Origin: Octopus vulgaris
Taxonomy: Eukaryota
Direction of reading: 5' to 3'
Assembly (NCBI GenBank): GCA_951406725.2
Contig: OX597814.1
Coordinates: 148,118,001-148,182,000 of the forward strand
DNA: 64,000 nucleotides
How positions within the stretch are numbered: position 1 is the stretch's first letter; each line of letters opens with the position of its first letter. The notes beneath the pieces were generated by a model. That model was not told where the DNA came from, ran no database searches, and saw only the letters and a program-made list of their open reading frames with translations. The position numbers and the translations under genes were made by a program. Of this stretch, positions 25,581-40,164 are shown in pieces.

Positions 25581-26617
25581 TACGAGGATACTCAATGTTT
25601 GGTAACTCGATTAAAGATCGCTGTATGATTTTAAAGATATCGAAAACACCACCGCCTCAGAAAGCAAAGTATGTCGAGCTAGAGTTTGTAAGACTGTGGC
25701 CAACCCAGATAAGAACGAAGCATCTAGGTGTCAAATAAGAACTGCAAGTTTCAACGGAAACAAAAAATATTCAATAAAATGTAGAACCAGAAAACCATAT
25801 CCTATATGTTTTATCGTTCAGTACAGCTACTCACTAGTGTCGAATCAGATTTCAGTCGCAGATGGAAGCTACTCATTGGTGAATGGCTGTACCTAAATCT
25901 GTGTGTATGAAAATATGTGGGCTTCATGTTCAAATATATTTGAAAAGATGTGTATATTGAAACTTGTTAAGTTCTGTAGCTACACACGTCTATGCGTTTA
26001 TCTATCAGCTACCTATGAAAAATAGATATTAACGTCAAATATTAACATCCATATTTATCTCTAAAGCCAGTATATTAAAAAAAAATAGAAATTCTTACCC
26101 AGTTGAAGTTAAACTTAAGCATTTAACATAAACTTAAGCCTTTAACATAAACTATTTTATTACATCTATCTTTATCATGCTCTCTTTTACAAGTCCAACC
26201 TGTTGCACCTATATCTACATAATGCTTGAAAGAACCTTTACAATAGCGAAGAAGCAACTATTAAGTTCCATTACTTATATATCCATCCTAGCAGAAGTTT
26301 CCTTACAAGATTCAACAAAGCTTCTAAAATAAACCACTGAATGTGACTTATCTATGACCTGTATGCCTATAGAAATGTAGCTTTCAGCCCTTGTATTTAC
26401 TCACAACATTGAATATAACTTAAAAGTAGCTTATAAATAAATGATAATTCCTTTAGCTATCCAAATACTTCCAACTCAGATTAAGATGTTGAAACGAAAT
26501 ACAGGAGACTTAGTATGCTTCCTTTCATTCTCCTACCGTAGAAGTTAGTTTCCATGCTTCCACCTGCCTTTATGTTTTTCTCCACAGTTTCATTCTACTA
26601 ATATTTCTCTCACCCGA

Positions 26618-26835
26618 GGCGCAGAGCTGGCACAATCCTTAGCACGCCGGGCAAAAATGTTTCGCGGCATTTCGACCGTCTTTCAGTTTCGAGTTTAAAC
26701 ACCACCGAGGTTGACTTTCATTTCATACTTTCTGCGTACTGGGCTCAATTAAATACCAGCTGAGCACTGGGCTCGATGTAATCGACTAACCCTTACGCCT
26801 AAATTGCTGGCCTTGGGCAAAAGTTGAAAACCAAC
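26618..26835 (+). mobile_element. tRNA-derived SINE
   Basis: GGCGCAGAGCTGGCACAATCCTTAGCACGCCGGGC...; matches the 50876-51088 family. Confidence 0.75.
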
Positions 26836-26919
26836 ATTTCTTTCATCCTATACATTATTTTTTCCTCTCTAATTCAACAAAACGCGTGCGCAAGCTCGCA
26901 AACGCACATACACGTTTAC

Positions 26920-26984
<65 letters not shown>

Positions 26985-27011
26985 CATACACACACGTACA
27001 CACATATACAT

Positions 27012-27047
<36 letters not shown>

Positions 27048-27350
27048 TTATATATATATACACACACACACGCGCATATATATATAAATATATATGGGAA
27101 AAAGAGTCAAGATAGAAAATGCTAAAATTATTTTATAAAAAACATTTCAGTACCGACTTCAGCCATTGAGACCTTTTCAACTGTAACAATTAAATAATTA
27201 AATTTAGAAAAATTAAAAGAAAAGTTATTTTAAAAGAATATTTGTATAATGTTCAAATACAAGTGGTATTTTTCTTGTTTCTGCCTGTCTCTCTCTCTCT
27301 TGTTTACTCTTGTGGGTTTGAGGTCCTTGTGAATTCTTATATATTCATAG

Positions 27351-27381
<31 letters not shown>

Positions 27382-28189
27382 TGTGTGCGTGCCTGTGTGT
27401 GTTTGTGTGTGTATACATAAACACACACACGCACGCGTAGACACGCACACACACATATATATATATATACATAAACATACGAACCTACACACATTTATGT
27501 ATGTACGTACGTATGTATGTATTTACGTATGTATGTATGTACGTAAGTATGTACATGTGTATGTACGTACGTACATATCATAGCGTATTTGGTAGTTTTA
27601 TTGCATTGGTATATGGAGAATATTCATTGCCTGATGTAGTCACTTTTTTTTATTATTTTAAGAAAACTTAGCTTTGTTGATTTGGTTTAAAAGCCTGTAT
27701 CTTACTCATGGGTTAGGCAACATGGAGGACGTCTTCTCGAGTGATTTCACAGCTTGATTTCTTGTTAAGACTACTGACTTGACCATTCAGTTGAACAAAT
27801 TCTTGTGCTTTTCTATTTATTCTGTTGTTCGCCACACGCCCGAAACATATCTATAATTACACGGACTACAAATACTTAATTGAAAATGCAAGAAATATAA
27901 GATTACTGTGTTTTCAAAAGAAAAGCAAATTAAAATAAGATATAATAAATTAAATAAATAAATAAATTTGAAGACGAACGTGTTTATCATTCAGATATTC
28001 TTGCGAATCGCCTGAATCTGTCTGCCGCTTGAGTGATTGAAATGAATTGAAATGTAGGTTTTTCCAAAGAAATTAATGGATAATGACAAATGGATGGCAT
28101 ATGTGTGTGTGTGTGTGCGTGTGTGTGTGTTTTTGTGTGTGTATGTTTTTGTGTGTGTGTGTGTGTGTGTGTGCGTGTCGAGCTGATGC

Positions 28190-28224
<35 letters not shown>

Positions 28225-28268
28225 GATGTACATGTACATGCATACATACACACATACACACACACAAA

Positions 28269-28356
<88 letters not shown>

Positions 28357-28360
<4 letters not shown>

Positions 28361-29480
28361 TTTAGCAACTAAGTTTCCGCCGTTTATTGCGATTTTGAAT
28401 TTCGGAACCTATTTTTTTCGGGAGTTCTATTTTTGAATCATTTTGGAATCTTCTTTTTTTTCTAGTTAATTATTGTTAATTTTCGTTTATTTTCAGATCA
28501 TTAAAATGGAATGCCAAGTTAAGGAAAACGAGCATTTTCGACACCTTCCTTTTGCTTTTAATCAAGGTTCTAAGGCCGCAAATGTTGCTCGTGTAATTTG
28601 TGCTGTGTATCGAGAGAATGCCATAGCTGAAAGAACCACTCGCGATTGGTATGCCAAGTTCAAAAATGGAAACTTTGACCTGAAAGACGCACTTCATTCT
28701 AGCCGTCCAGTTGATTTCGATGAAGAGCGATTAAAACAACTTTTGCACGAAAATTCTCGTCAAACGACAAGGGGACTGGCAGAGAAAATGGAATACTGCT
28801 ATAGAGAAGCATCTTCACTCGATGGGAAAGGTTCAGAAGTATGGAGCATTATTTCCGCATGCTTTAAGTGACAACAACAAAAATCAACAAGCCCCAATCT
28901 CCGCTGATTTGCTTGCTCGTCACGGCTCATCTCATGGGCACAAGCAACAATTTTTTTACCCAGTCGTTACTGGCAACGGAAAGTAGTGCCTCTTCATCCA
29001 TATGAAGCAGCGTAAGGAATGGCTTAGCTCCGGTAAACAAGGGACACCGCGCGTGAAGCAAGATCTTCACCCGTGTAAAACTATGTTGTGCGTATGGTGG
29101 GACTGGGAAGGGATTATCCATTATGAATTGCTTGAACGGAACCAAACGGTCAACGCGGATCTCTGTGTTCAACAGATAGAACGACTCAACACAGCTATTC
29201 AAGAGAAAAGCCCTGATCGGGAGCATGGAGTTCTTCTGCTGCAGAACAACGCCCGTCCTTATATCGCCAATATGACCAAGGAAACCATTCAAACGCATAG
29301 CTGGGAAGTGCTTTCACACCCACCGTACTCTCCTGATTTGGCACCAACGGATTCCCACCTGTCTCGAACTCTTTCAAATGCTATACGCGGAGTTTCGTTC
29401 AATACTGATGCAGAATTGAAAGCTCGGTTGGATCAATTTTTCGAGTCGAAATTGGGTGATTTCTACCAACGAGAATTGAG
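28357..29480 (+). mobile_element. Mariner (Tc1/mariner) transposon, disrupted transposase, right end missing
   Basis: TA|TTGGTTTAGCAACTAAGT left end; ATG at 28506 MECQVKENEHFRH; WYAKFKNGNFDLKD, KTMLCVWWDWEGIIHYELL, LLQNNARP, HPPYSPDLAPTD; frameshifts and stops present. Confidence 0.9.
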
Positions 29481-30049
29481 CATATTGCTGCTGAAATGCC
29501 GCACACAACTACTCGGGCTCGAGGAACATGCACTTATTTTGGTCCACTAAAACCGAATTGTGGATTTTTCCATGTTGTGTCTCTGCCAGTCAGGTCCGTC
29601 TAGCGGCTTTCCTTCGCTCGTTTCTAAGAACGCGCATTTTAACTCAGACTATGATTCCTTCGTGCTTAGTGTCGAAGAATTTTTCCAGGCCAATGGCACA
29701 GATAACCCGTCGGTGCTGATGCATTTTCTAAACGGGTCTCCTAAGATTCGAAATTTCCTTCCATTCTATTTATATCTATCGCTAATGCCTTACTAAATGT
29801 GATGGTGTATTTTAATATGCATTTTCGTTTGAGGTATTTGTAATGTTAGTGCTGTCTGCAATTTTGTTAGTGTACAATGTGTGAGTATACGACTGCTTGT
29901 TGGCTTCAGTGTATCCTCTTCTTATCTCTTCATTTTTAGTCTTTTATTCCACTTCTTATTTTGTAGTTTTCTTTTCTTTATCCATTTTGGTGGTTTCCCA
30001 AACTGCCTTCCTCGCTAGACGAGTTTTCGCAGTCGGAGAAATCTGTTAC

Positions 30050-30109
<60 letters not shown>

Positions 30110-30163
30110 GCAGACATCTGTCTGCACAGTCACTTATCACTATGTTAGTGGCCTGGTCGACTG

Positions 30164-30205
<42 letters not shown>

Positions 30206-30598
30206 ATGAGGTATCTCTCGGTTGAGACGGTGTGGGTAATATTTTTGTTTCTCTCAGGTATGCCACTAGTGATTGATGTTAGTTTGGTATGAATTTCTCT
30301 TGCTGCACCTTCTGTTGATACATTTGTTCCTTTGGATGTTGCTGCACTTGGCCTTGATGTTGTACATCAATGTACAGGACCTTCTCTTATATCTTTAATT
30401 CGACATGCGAAGCAGTTAATGCAGACACAGTTGTTTTTCTTTTTCCGTTTTCTTCCCTCATTCCTTTCAATCAAAGTGCGTAGATCCGAAACGTCAGGCT
30501 TTTCCGTTTTTCCTGAGCGACAAACTTATACACCTTGTTTATTATTCCATCAACCGTCTCTGTATTCTTTTCATTTTTTGTTATTTGTGCATTTGAAA

Positions 30599-30629
<31 letters not shown>

Positions 30630-31576
30630 GTATGTACATATTTCTGATTGAGTGACAGAAGGAGAGAGAGAGAGAAAAAGAGAAAGGAAGAAAGAAAAGA
30701 AGGAAGAGTGCAAGAAAGAAACAAGAAGGACGGAAAGAAAGAGACAGACAGACAGAATACTATGAGCCCTGGGGGTATATTTAAGTGGTGCATGTGTTTA
30801 AGTCATTGATGTCTACTTGCGTACGTGCCTATTGACCTTGATGTACGTCCATATACAATCGTCATCAATATTTACAATTTTGCAGCTGCTTCTCTTTATT
30901 TCCCCAAATCCTTATCATCATCATTATTTAACACCTTTCCTAGATACATTATCTCTCTGATATTATTTTACTCTAATTCACATTGTAGCCACTATATCCT
31001 CTCCAATAGCGACAACTCTGTCAAAGGTAGAAACGTACAATAGCATTCTTACACTACAGGTTGTTTTAATAACCTTACGAAAAACATATCTGTCTCCAAA
31101 TGTCTCCCATGCTGTGATAATAAAATAAGGAATGGATTATGTTACTATCTACAAAAATCTGTTACCAAATATTTGTTTGATAATGCAATCTCAAATCTAC
31201 ACGCCCAATATGTGTGTTTATCAATTAAGACGATGTGTACCTGAAATAAACTAATATACCTGCATGTCTGTTTACTTTTATATATGTACACTTAAATTCA
31301 CACTCGCGTGTGCACTCGCATTTATGCGTATAACAGGCACGCATCGTACGCACAGATATTAGTGTATGTCTGTATGTATATTTTCGCTTTGGGCTCTCAA
31401 CTAATAATTCAAATGTAGAGGTGCTCTCGAGATAAAATCTTCTTAGGCATTTTAAATCTAGTAGAGTCCATCCCTCTGCAGTTTTAAAATCAGTTGATCT
31501 CTTCTAGAATGAGAAAAAGAAAGAGTAAGAATGACAGTGAGGAAATACTATGTTTGTGTGTGTATACATACATACA

Positions 31577-31631
<55 letters not shown>

Positions 31632-31732
31632 TTAAGGGTAGAAATTGATATTTATCAATTAAGACCAGTGGTCTAGCATATTAAAAAGAATCCGAAGATT
31701 AAAATATTTATATATACCAATTAAGGATGAAC

Positions 31733-31855
31733 ACGAAAAGTGGACAGTCAACATGCTATACTAATGATTCACACAAAGATTATGATCTGAGAACATAATC
31801 TTTTGTGGTGAATGGCGATTTGTCTATATCTAGCATGTTGACTGTCCACTTTCGT
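31733..31855. repeat. Nested inverted repeat (hairpin) in an element embedded in (TA)n
   Basis: 22-bp perfect arms 31737-31758 / 31831-31852, plus inner stem AAAGATTATG/CATAATCTTT around loop ATCTGAGAA. Confidence 0.85.
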
Positions 31856-31859
31856 TTAG

Positions 31860-32018
<159 letters not shown>

Positions 32019-32025
32019 TATATAC

Positions 32026-32075
<50 letters not shown>

Positions 32076-32482
32076 TATAAATTCCGTCCATGTGTTTGTG
32101 TGCATATGTATCTGGGTGTTTCTACCTCCATTTCTATCTATCTCAATGAATATAATGTAACATATATTCATAAACAGAAACCAAACAATTTCTCGTTCTC
32201 ACACACACATGCAGAGAAAGAGAGGGAGTGAAACACACATGAATATATGATACATATGCATAAGATTTATAATGGTATACACAAACAACTTGAGTTTTTA
32301 TGAAATACATATTGTAGCCTTGCTGTGGTGACTTCAACACGTGTTTAAAACATGTACATATAAATTGGGAAGAAACCTATAGGAGCTGTTATATTCAGTG
32401 TTTATTATCATTATATCAACGCTCTCTATCTCACGTTATGGCAACAAATATTACTAAAATTTGCATAATATTGCAACATCTC

Positions 32483-32870
32483 GGCAGAAAAACTATCATG
32501 CCGTGTGAAATACTTAGTGGTATTTCGTCAGCCGTTACGTTCTGAGTTCAAATCCACCGAGGTCGACTTTGTCTTTCATGCTTTCGGCGTCGATAAATCA
32601 AGTATCATTTACGCACTGAGGTTGATATAATCGACTGACTTAATCCGTTTGTCTGTCCTTGTTTGTCCTCTCTGTGTTTAGCCCCTTGTGGGTAGTAAAG
32701 AAGTAGATATTTTGTCTGTCTTTACGCTCTGAGTTCAAATCCACCGAGGTCGATTTTGCCTTTCATCATTTCGGAGTCAATAAATTGGGTACAATTTGCT
32801 TACTGGGGTTGATCTAATCGACTTACCCCTTCCCCAAAAATTTCGGGTCTTGTGCATAGAGTAGAAAAGA
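32483..32870 (+). mobile_element. Tandem (dimeric) SINE
   Basis: Two successive TCTGAGTTCAAATCCACCGAGGTCGA blocks near 32540 and 32730; 50876 family. Confidence 0.75.
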
Positions 32871-35393
32871 ACATTGCAACTTCTAACGTGAATAATGGTT
32901 TGTTAAAATTTGCACTAGGCATCGTTAGGATATTTAGCTAATGCATAACATACACAACGATAAGTTAATATTCTCTCTGTGGACAGAAAGTGCTAATAGT
33001 TGGCCTCTTCTGACGGATCACTGCTTTTTCTGCACCCTGGGAAAAATCCTAGATTTTATCTAAGGCGTGAAATCGCTTCCTGTGAGGCTAACATGTGTAC
33101 TTCCTAAAACAGAAACTGTATGTTTACCTTTCCTTTTTGCAAGTGTGTATGTGTGTGTCCCCGCGTGTGGGCATATTTATGCATACATACATGCATGCAC
33201 ATATATAGTTCCGTATACATAAACAGATGAATAAGCGTAAATGGAGTGATGACAATCTTTATTTCACATCATTACACTTTTTCCACACATCGTCACACAC
33301 GTAGTAAATTGTTGAGATGATATAACCAACATATTTCGCATTCACTGCCATCCATCAAAGGTGTAAAATGTGTTTCTCCAGGTGATTATTTTGAATAAGA
33401 CCTTCGTTAGATCAGTCATTTAACACTAAACTATACATTTACATATATGAATCCAAACGCGCGCTCTTTTGCGTGTATCATTTTGTGTATCAGCCATTTT
33501 TCATCTTTATATAGTAGATTGCAGTTTTCCCTACATTCGCTATATTTCAAGACACTTTAAATATATTTCAGTGTTTCATAAGAATTTGTAACAACAGCTG
33601 CTTCTTTTCCCATTCCCATAAATGCCTTGGTATAATGTTAGCAAAACCGTCGCATTGGATCATATTCTAATATTCATTCTCTTTCCTTATTTTTGTATGT
33701 TTTATCTTTATTCACGTAGCCAGTTCTCACCTCTTTATATAGCTCTACGCCAAACTTTGTGATTGATCACTATTTTCTCGTTTTTACTCGCTATCTGTTC
33801 ACCTGCATTATTGAGCTGCTGTTTATAACAGATTACCTGAAGCGCTCTGGATAATTTGCACTCTTCAGCTGTCGTTCCTTCTATAGAAATCTTGACCTCA
33901 TTTCTAGTGCAGCAGCGCTTCTAGCTTAAAAGACTGAACACTTGGAATATTTACGCACTGTAGGTTCGCTTAGTTGGAGACCTGACGTAAATGGCATTTC
34001 ATCAGTGTATAGGTTTCAGGATATGACAAAAGACAGGTTTCCACTACATTTCGTTGGCAGTGTATACTTTGTTTCGCCACTGTGGAAATGCCTAAATATC
34101 TAAAAAAAATATTCCCAACACCCTGTATATTGAGCAGCATCCACATTATCTTTCTTCAGTGTAACGTTTATGTTTCGTTAATGAAAACTATGAAAATGTG
34201 ACTCGGGATTCGCTAGCCTTTTTTAATTTGTTTCTATGTTAAAGTGAATGTCATTTGTGCTTCTGGACACAAAATCTACATAGTCATTCAGGAACAACAT
34301 ATTCGAATCACCAAACGATGAATTTGCAAGAAATTAACTGAAATTATCTTCCAAAATCTCCTTTTTCCTCTGGCTCACGCTTTTGTATGTAAATGTTTAT
34401 CTCTTCATAATTTAATTGTTGTGAGAGGCTACCGAATTAACCTTTTAAAAAGAATTCACGTAAGTTTCTTCCAACAATACGAATAGAAAACTATGAGAAT
34501 ACTGTTACTGACAAGAAATTGTCCTGCTTTCGTGAAATGGATGGTAGTTTCCAACTCCCTCATATTCAGTGCCCGGTCATGACTTTAAACAGATTTTCTT
34601 TCAAAACAGTTCTACAACTAGGCTTTTACGAACAAGTTTTCAACGCTGATTTAGTAATTTGCTGAATTTTTTCTACTAGCGCTTCATAATGTCATATTCT
34701 TCTTATTTTGTGTACCATTACATTTCTGAAGTCTGTAGACTTCTTTTAGAAGAGCTCAGCAGATCTTGATATTATTATAATGTATCAAGGTCCATCAGTT
34801 TTAACAGTGGTATTTCTTTTTCTAGCATGACATTCGCATCAATAAGTGTGTTGGTAAATACTGTATATTCCACCCACTTTAAACGGATTGTTATTACTTT
34901 CAAATAATTCTTGAATTTTTATAACATTGTCATGAAATTAGTTGCTGTATTACTGATCGCTGGGGGAAACTAAGGAAGCTGCTACTTTATTTCTCCAAAG
35001 CTCATATTCATCGCTGATAATGAATACATCTCATCACAGCTTCCTGGGACTGTTTTGGGGGAAGCGTCATGAACCACGACTCCTATTGATTCCTGTCAGA
35101 TGAAACCGTTCCAAATTGATCCAGCTGGATCCCTAAGCAAAACCTACAAGCTTGAGGGTGTTATCCAACCATCTTTCTTGTGGTTTACCCTAGATCTTCT
35201 ACTGGTTAGTTCTGCCCGTAAAACCTGTCTCGCGATTATGGTCACTTAATCGCATTTATTTCAGATATTACGGTTAAGGTGTTTTGTGCTTAGTTCTGAA
35301 CATACTTAGATGTGCATTAAAACTCGGAAATGTGTGTGAGAAGAGTGATCATTCACACTCACAACCGGTCTGATAAGAAGCTGTCAGTGCAGG

Positions 35394-35489
35394 ATTGGAC
35401 GGGGGTCACTAATATATATATATAAGGATCCAGTGCTATAGGTCGGTTTAATCAGTGGTCCCAGAAGTCAACAGGCCAAATAGGTGAGT
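35394..35489 (+). promoter_or_regulatory. Candidate Pol II core promoter and short first exon
   Basis: ATTGG (reverse CCAAT) at 35394, TATATAAG at 35419, Inr-like TCAGT at 35452, donor AG|GTGAGT at 35483/35484. Motif arrangement only. Confidence 0.25.
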
Positions 35490-36383
35490 ATTATCATTTT
35501 TGTCAAGAGTAATCTATAAGTTGTGTTCCTCAGAACTTTCGTGTGGTGCCAAAGTGGTGCTAAATGTGGTCTCAAAGCATCGCTGTAGATGATACGCAGA
35601 GAGACACTGAGGATGAAACATTTCGTAATATTTATTCGCTATGAGGACGATAAACAGTGACGAAGAACTACGATCGTTGTTTGTGCAACACGTTTTGGTA
35701 CAGCTCATCTCTTTCACCGAAATGCGGTCCTTAGTGAATCGTAGACTGACGCTGGACATTTGACATCTGAATATTGCTAAACGTTAAGAACATTGGACCT
35801 GCTGAATATTATAATCAGCTAAAAGTGAGAAATAGATGTAACTTTGGCATAGATAAATTTAGTATCTTCTAAATGGTAGTTGTGTCTATGGTTATGATCA
35901 CATCTATATTAGACATTGCCTGATCGTGATAACACTTATAGCAATACATATCTTTGCTACAATCGTAAATAATGGTGCCTATCCGGAATACACACAAGGT
36001 TACGGAACCATTCGTTGGCCTCGTATATACATATAGTGCTATGGAGAAAAAAGAAGTATGTCTGTAGCAAACGAAAAGCATCGAATAGATTGTTGTTATT
36101 GGTAATCCGGCGTTTGCAGCATTTTGCATTATCGGTAGCCTGACTAAAGAGGCGGTTAATAGTGGTGGTAGTAATGGTGATGATGTTAGTGATAGGATTT
36201 ATTGTTTAAACTCCAAAAACAAACAGATGTAAATATATTAGAAAATAGCTGAACATGTGGACAAAGTCGAGCTCAAGTTGCATAGTTCCATCCCTGTAAA
36301 GTAACCTATTTTTCTTTGTTGTGTGATAGCTTGGTATAGAGACAAATTATATCATGCACACACAGACGCAACCAGATACGCAC

Positions 36384-36437
<54 letters not shown>

Positions 36438-36749
36438 TTATATGGTTGTGTGTACGTGTATATATGTATGTGTAAGTGAGTGAACGAAAACATGTATTTA
36501 TAAATATGTGTGTATAATTAAATGATTAGTAGTTCTCTACAGAGTAATCAAATCTGATGCTTCTGTTTGAAGGGTACTTCAGTAGCTATATGTCCGTTAA
36601 TTGATCAACGCATAGATCTATCGAACATTGGTTAAATCAGTAACACAATTATCTCGTTTCCCGGTTTCACTGCAAGAACCTAAAGTCTGATGGACCTAAA
36701 GTCCAAAGCTAGATTTAGTATATTAATATCAAAGAAATACTGCGATATA

Positions 36750-36834
<85 letters not shown>

Positions 36835-36936
36835 ATAATTATACAAGTATATATATATATATACATATATATATACATATATATATAGATACATATATAT
36901 ATATACACATATATATATACATATAAGTATAAATAT

Positions 36937-36969
<33 letters not shown>

Positions 36970-37790
36970 CATATACATATATGTATGTATATATGCATGC
37001 ATACTATATACGTGGCTACATATTTACGTGCATACATGCATACACACACATGCACACACATACACACACACACGTATGTAATCATATGCATATACATATG
37101 TTTGCGTGCGTGTGTGCGCATGTATGTGTGTTTGAGTGCGTGCATGTATGTGCGCCCGCGCTTATGCGTGTATGTTATCGTGTGTAATTTCGCGATAATG
37201 TAATGATAATGTGTTCATTATCATTACATTTTACAAACGCCGGATGGATGTTACGAAAGAAATTCGATTTCATTGCATGACTTCACAGACGAGTAGCCTT
37301 CTGAAATGATAATTCATCGAAGTTGCAACAAATCGACGATTGTTCGAATGGAGTCGTCATTAGTTCATTGATCTTTAAAGCCAAATTGCTCAGATATAAA
37401 ACGATTCAGTATAACTCTTTGTGGGGAGGGAATGTATTTAACGTTGTTGACTATGATCAGCTTATTCCTCATAGTACGGCGTTTTGATTATATATAACGT
37501 TATTTACTTTCGTTTGGTTATTTTCTATTACTTTACCTAAATAATGATGAAGTCGTTATCGGATATCTCTACAAGGGATACGATAATGAAACTCATTCAT
37601 ATATTAGCAAAAGCTTATGTTCCTAAGCGGGACAGCTCGCTTTAGTTCACAGAGAATTTTCGAAGGATTCATCTATAATTTAGATTAAAGGTGAATCTAA
37701 CAAAACAGATTATATTTTAATCAGAAAAATATCGCCCTCCTAACTATTGGTTTACTGGAGATACTGTATCTGAATGGTTTCCATATAGTT

Positions 37791-37836
<46 letters not shown>

Positions 37837-37847
37837 CTATCATCATT

Positions 37848-37900
<53 letters not shown>

Positions 37901-37930
37901 TATTATTATTATTATCATTATTATCATTAT

Positions 37931-40094
37931 TCAGTAGTTTTATTTTTATAGCGTGCTTTCACTTCACTACCGAGCGCAGCTCTGTGTGCCTTGGGTATGT
38001 GCTGTGATTTGTTGTGATGCTCAGATGGTTATTGTATGGAAAGTGTTCTGCGTAGGATGTGTGCAGTGCCTAGTAGTGCAATTTTCTGTATGTTATATGT
38101 GTTTGTAAGTCCTGGTGTTTTTGTTATGTATTTGTCTGAATATTTTTTTATCATGCCTAATGCACCTACTATGATAGGAATTGTTTCTGTTTTCAGATTC
38201 CACATTCTAGTTACCTCTATTTCCAGGTCTTTGTATTTTGAGAGTTTCTCCATTTCTTTTAGAGACACGTTGTCATCTGCCGGTATTGATACATCAATTA
38301 GAAAGCATTTTTTTCTTCATGATCTCTGACAACTATATCTGATCTGTTGGCCTTAATTTCTCTATCTGTGTGTATCGGCATATCCCAGAGTATGGTTGCT
38401 TTCTCGTTTTCTGTGACCTTTTCTGGTGTGTGCCTATACCATCTTTTTGCTGTTGTTATTCCATAATGTTGGCATCGCTTCCAATGTATGTAGGTTCCAA
38501 CTCTGTCATGTCTGTGAATATGTTCCTTCTTAGCCAGGACTGGGCAGCTAGAGATAATATGATTTATTGTTTCTTGTCCATCTCCACATATTCTGCAGTT
38601 ACTTGTAATATTTCTTTTCATTACATGTTTTTGGTAATTTCTGGTGGGGAGCTTTGGTCTTGTGCTGCAATTAAAAATCCCTCTGTTTCTGCTTTGAGTC
38701 CTGAGCTTCTCAACCATTGCTGGGATTTTTCTTTGTCTATTTCTTTCGCGTTTAGTTTAGTGCAGTATTTACCATGAAGGGGCTTTTCTTGCCATCGTTT
38801 TATCATGGTTCGTTGCTGTTCTATTTTTAGTTTGGATTTCATTTGTTTTATAGCTTTTGTTGTTTCTTCATCTTCTTCTTCTTCTTCGTGTTTATTAGGT
38901 GGTATGATTTCTTGTTTGTATTTGTCAGCTTCCTTAAATACTGAGAACAGTTTTTTGTTTTGCTGCTATCTGGATCAGTTTTCCTTCCTTCTGAAGTAGG
39001 TATTTTTGCAGTCCTATGGTAGTTATGTTATAGTAGTTTTCCAGCTGTATAAGGCCTCTACCACCTTCTATACGTTGTATATATAGTCTTTCTATGTCAG
39101 ATTTTGGGTGATGCATCCTAGATCCTGTCAGTATTTTCTTGTTTTCCTATCTATTTTGGACAGTTCATTTCGTGTCCAGTTAAGGATATTGTAGCTGTAA
39201 CTTATAACTGGGACAGCTAAATTGTTGATACCTATTATCTTGTTTTTAGCATTGAGCTCTGTTTTTAGTATTGATCTAACTTGTCTATAATATTCTTTTT
39301 TTATTTTCTCTTTCATTTGTGTGTATTGTGTCTTATCTAGTTCATGGATTCCTAAGTATTTGTAAGTTTGGCTTTGGTCTAATTCTTTTATTTCATTGGT
39401 TTTATCTAGTGTGATGTTGTTACTCTTAACTAGTTTTCCTCTTTTCATGGTTACTTTGGCGCATTTTTCTAATCCAAATTTCATATCTATTTCTTTGGTA
39501 AATCCATGAACTGTCTTTAATAGTGTTTCCAGCTGTTTGTCATTTGCAGCGTATAGTTTTAGGTCATCCATATATAAAAGGTGGCTGATCGTTTTGCCGT
39601 AACATTTATATCCGCATCCAGTTCTATTTAGTATATCAGATAGAGGTGACAGTGCCAAGCAGAAAAGGAGTGGAGAGAGCGTGTCTCCCTGGAATATTCC
39701 TCTTCTAATGGGGATGTCTTTGGTTTTCATGAGTCCTTCTTTTGTTTGGAGGTGTAGGACTGTTTGCCATTTATTCATAGAGTGCTCTATGAATTTTATG
39801 ATTGTTGGTGCTACTTTGTTAATGGCTAGTGTTTCGAGGATCCATGTGTGGGGGATGCTATCAAACGCCTTTTTGTAGTCAATCCAGGCCATACTGAGGC
39901 CTTTCTTCTTTCTGTGGCTGTCTTCAGTTACGGCTTTATTAATCATTAGTTGATCTTTGCAGCCATATGAGCCTTTGCGGCATCCTTTCTGCTCTTCTGG
40001 GAACAGTTTGTTTTCGTCCAGGTGCTTGTTCAGCCTTTGCAATATCTCTGCAGTAAATGCCTTGAACATAGTAGGGAGGCAGGTTATTGGTCTA
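37931..40094 (-). mobile_element. 5'-truncated R4/Dong-clade LINE: RT, CCHC knuckle and restriction-like endonuclease, frameshifted
   Basis: RPITCL, EEQKGCR, WIDYKKAFDS, GIFQGDTLSPLLF, HLLYMDDLKLY, EGGRGL, LHGKY, CRICGDGQETINHIISSC, RHDRVG, LWD, KYKDL, IIVGALG. Flanked on both sides by (TAA/TGA)n. Confidence 0.95.
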
Positions 40095-40100
40095 TTATTA

Positions 40101-40164
<64 letters not shown>

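Noticed and set aside
29528-29719. LFWSTKTELWIF, like a gypsy Gag N-terminal motif, at the point where the mariner is truncated
   Set aside because: Single short motif with no LTR, PBS or pol sequence.
34300-35220. Possible decayed RTE-type endonuclease and 5' UTR on the minus strand
   Set aside because: Only scattered weak motifs; boundaries could not be defined.
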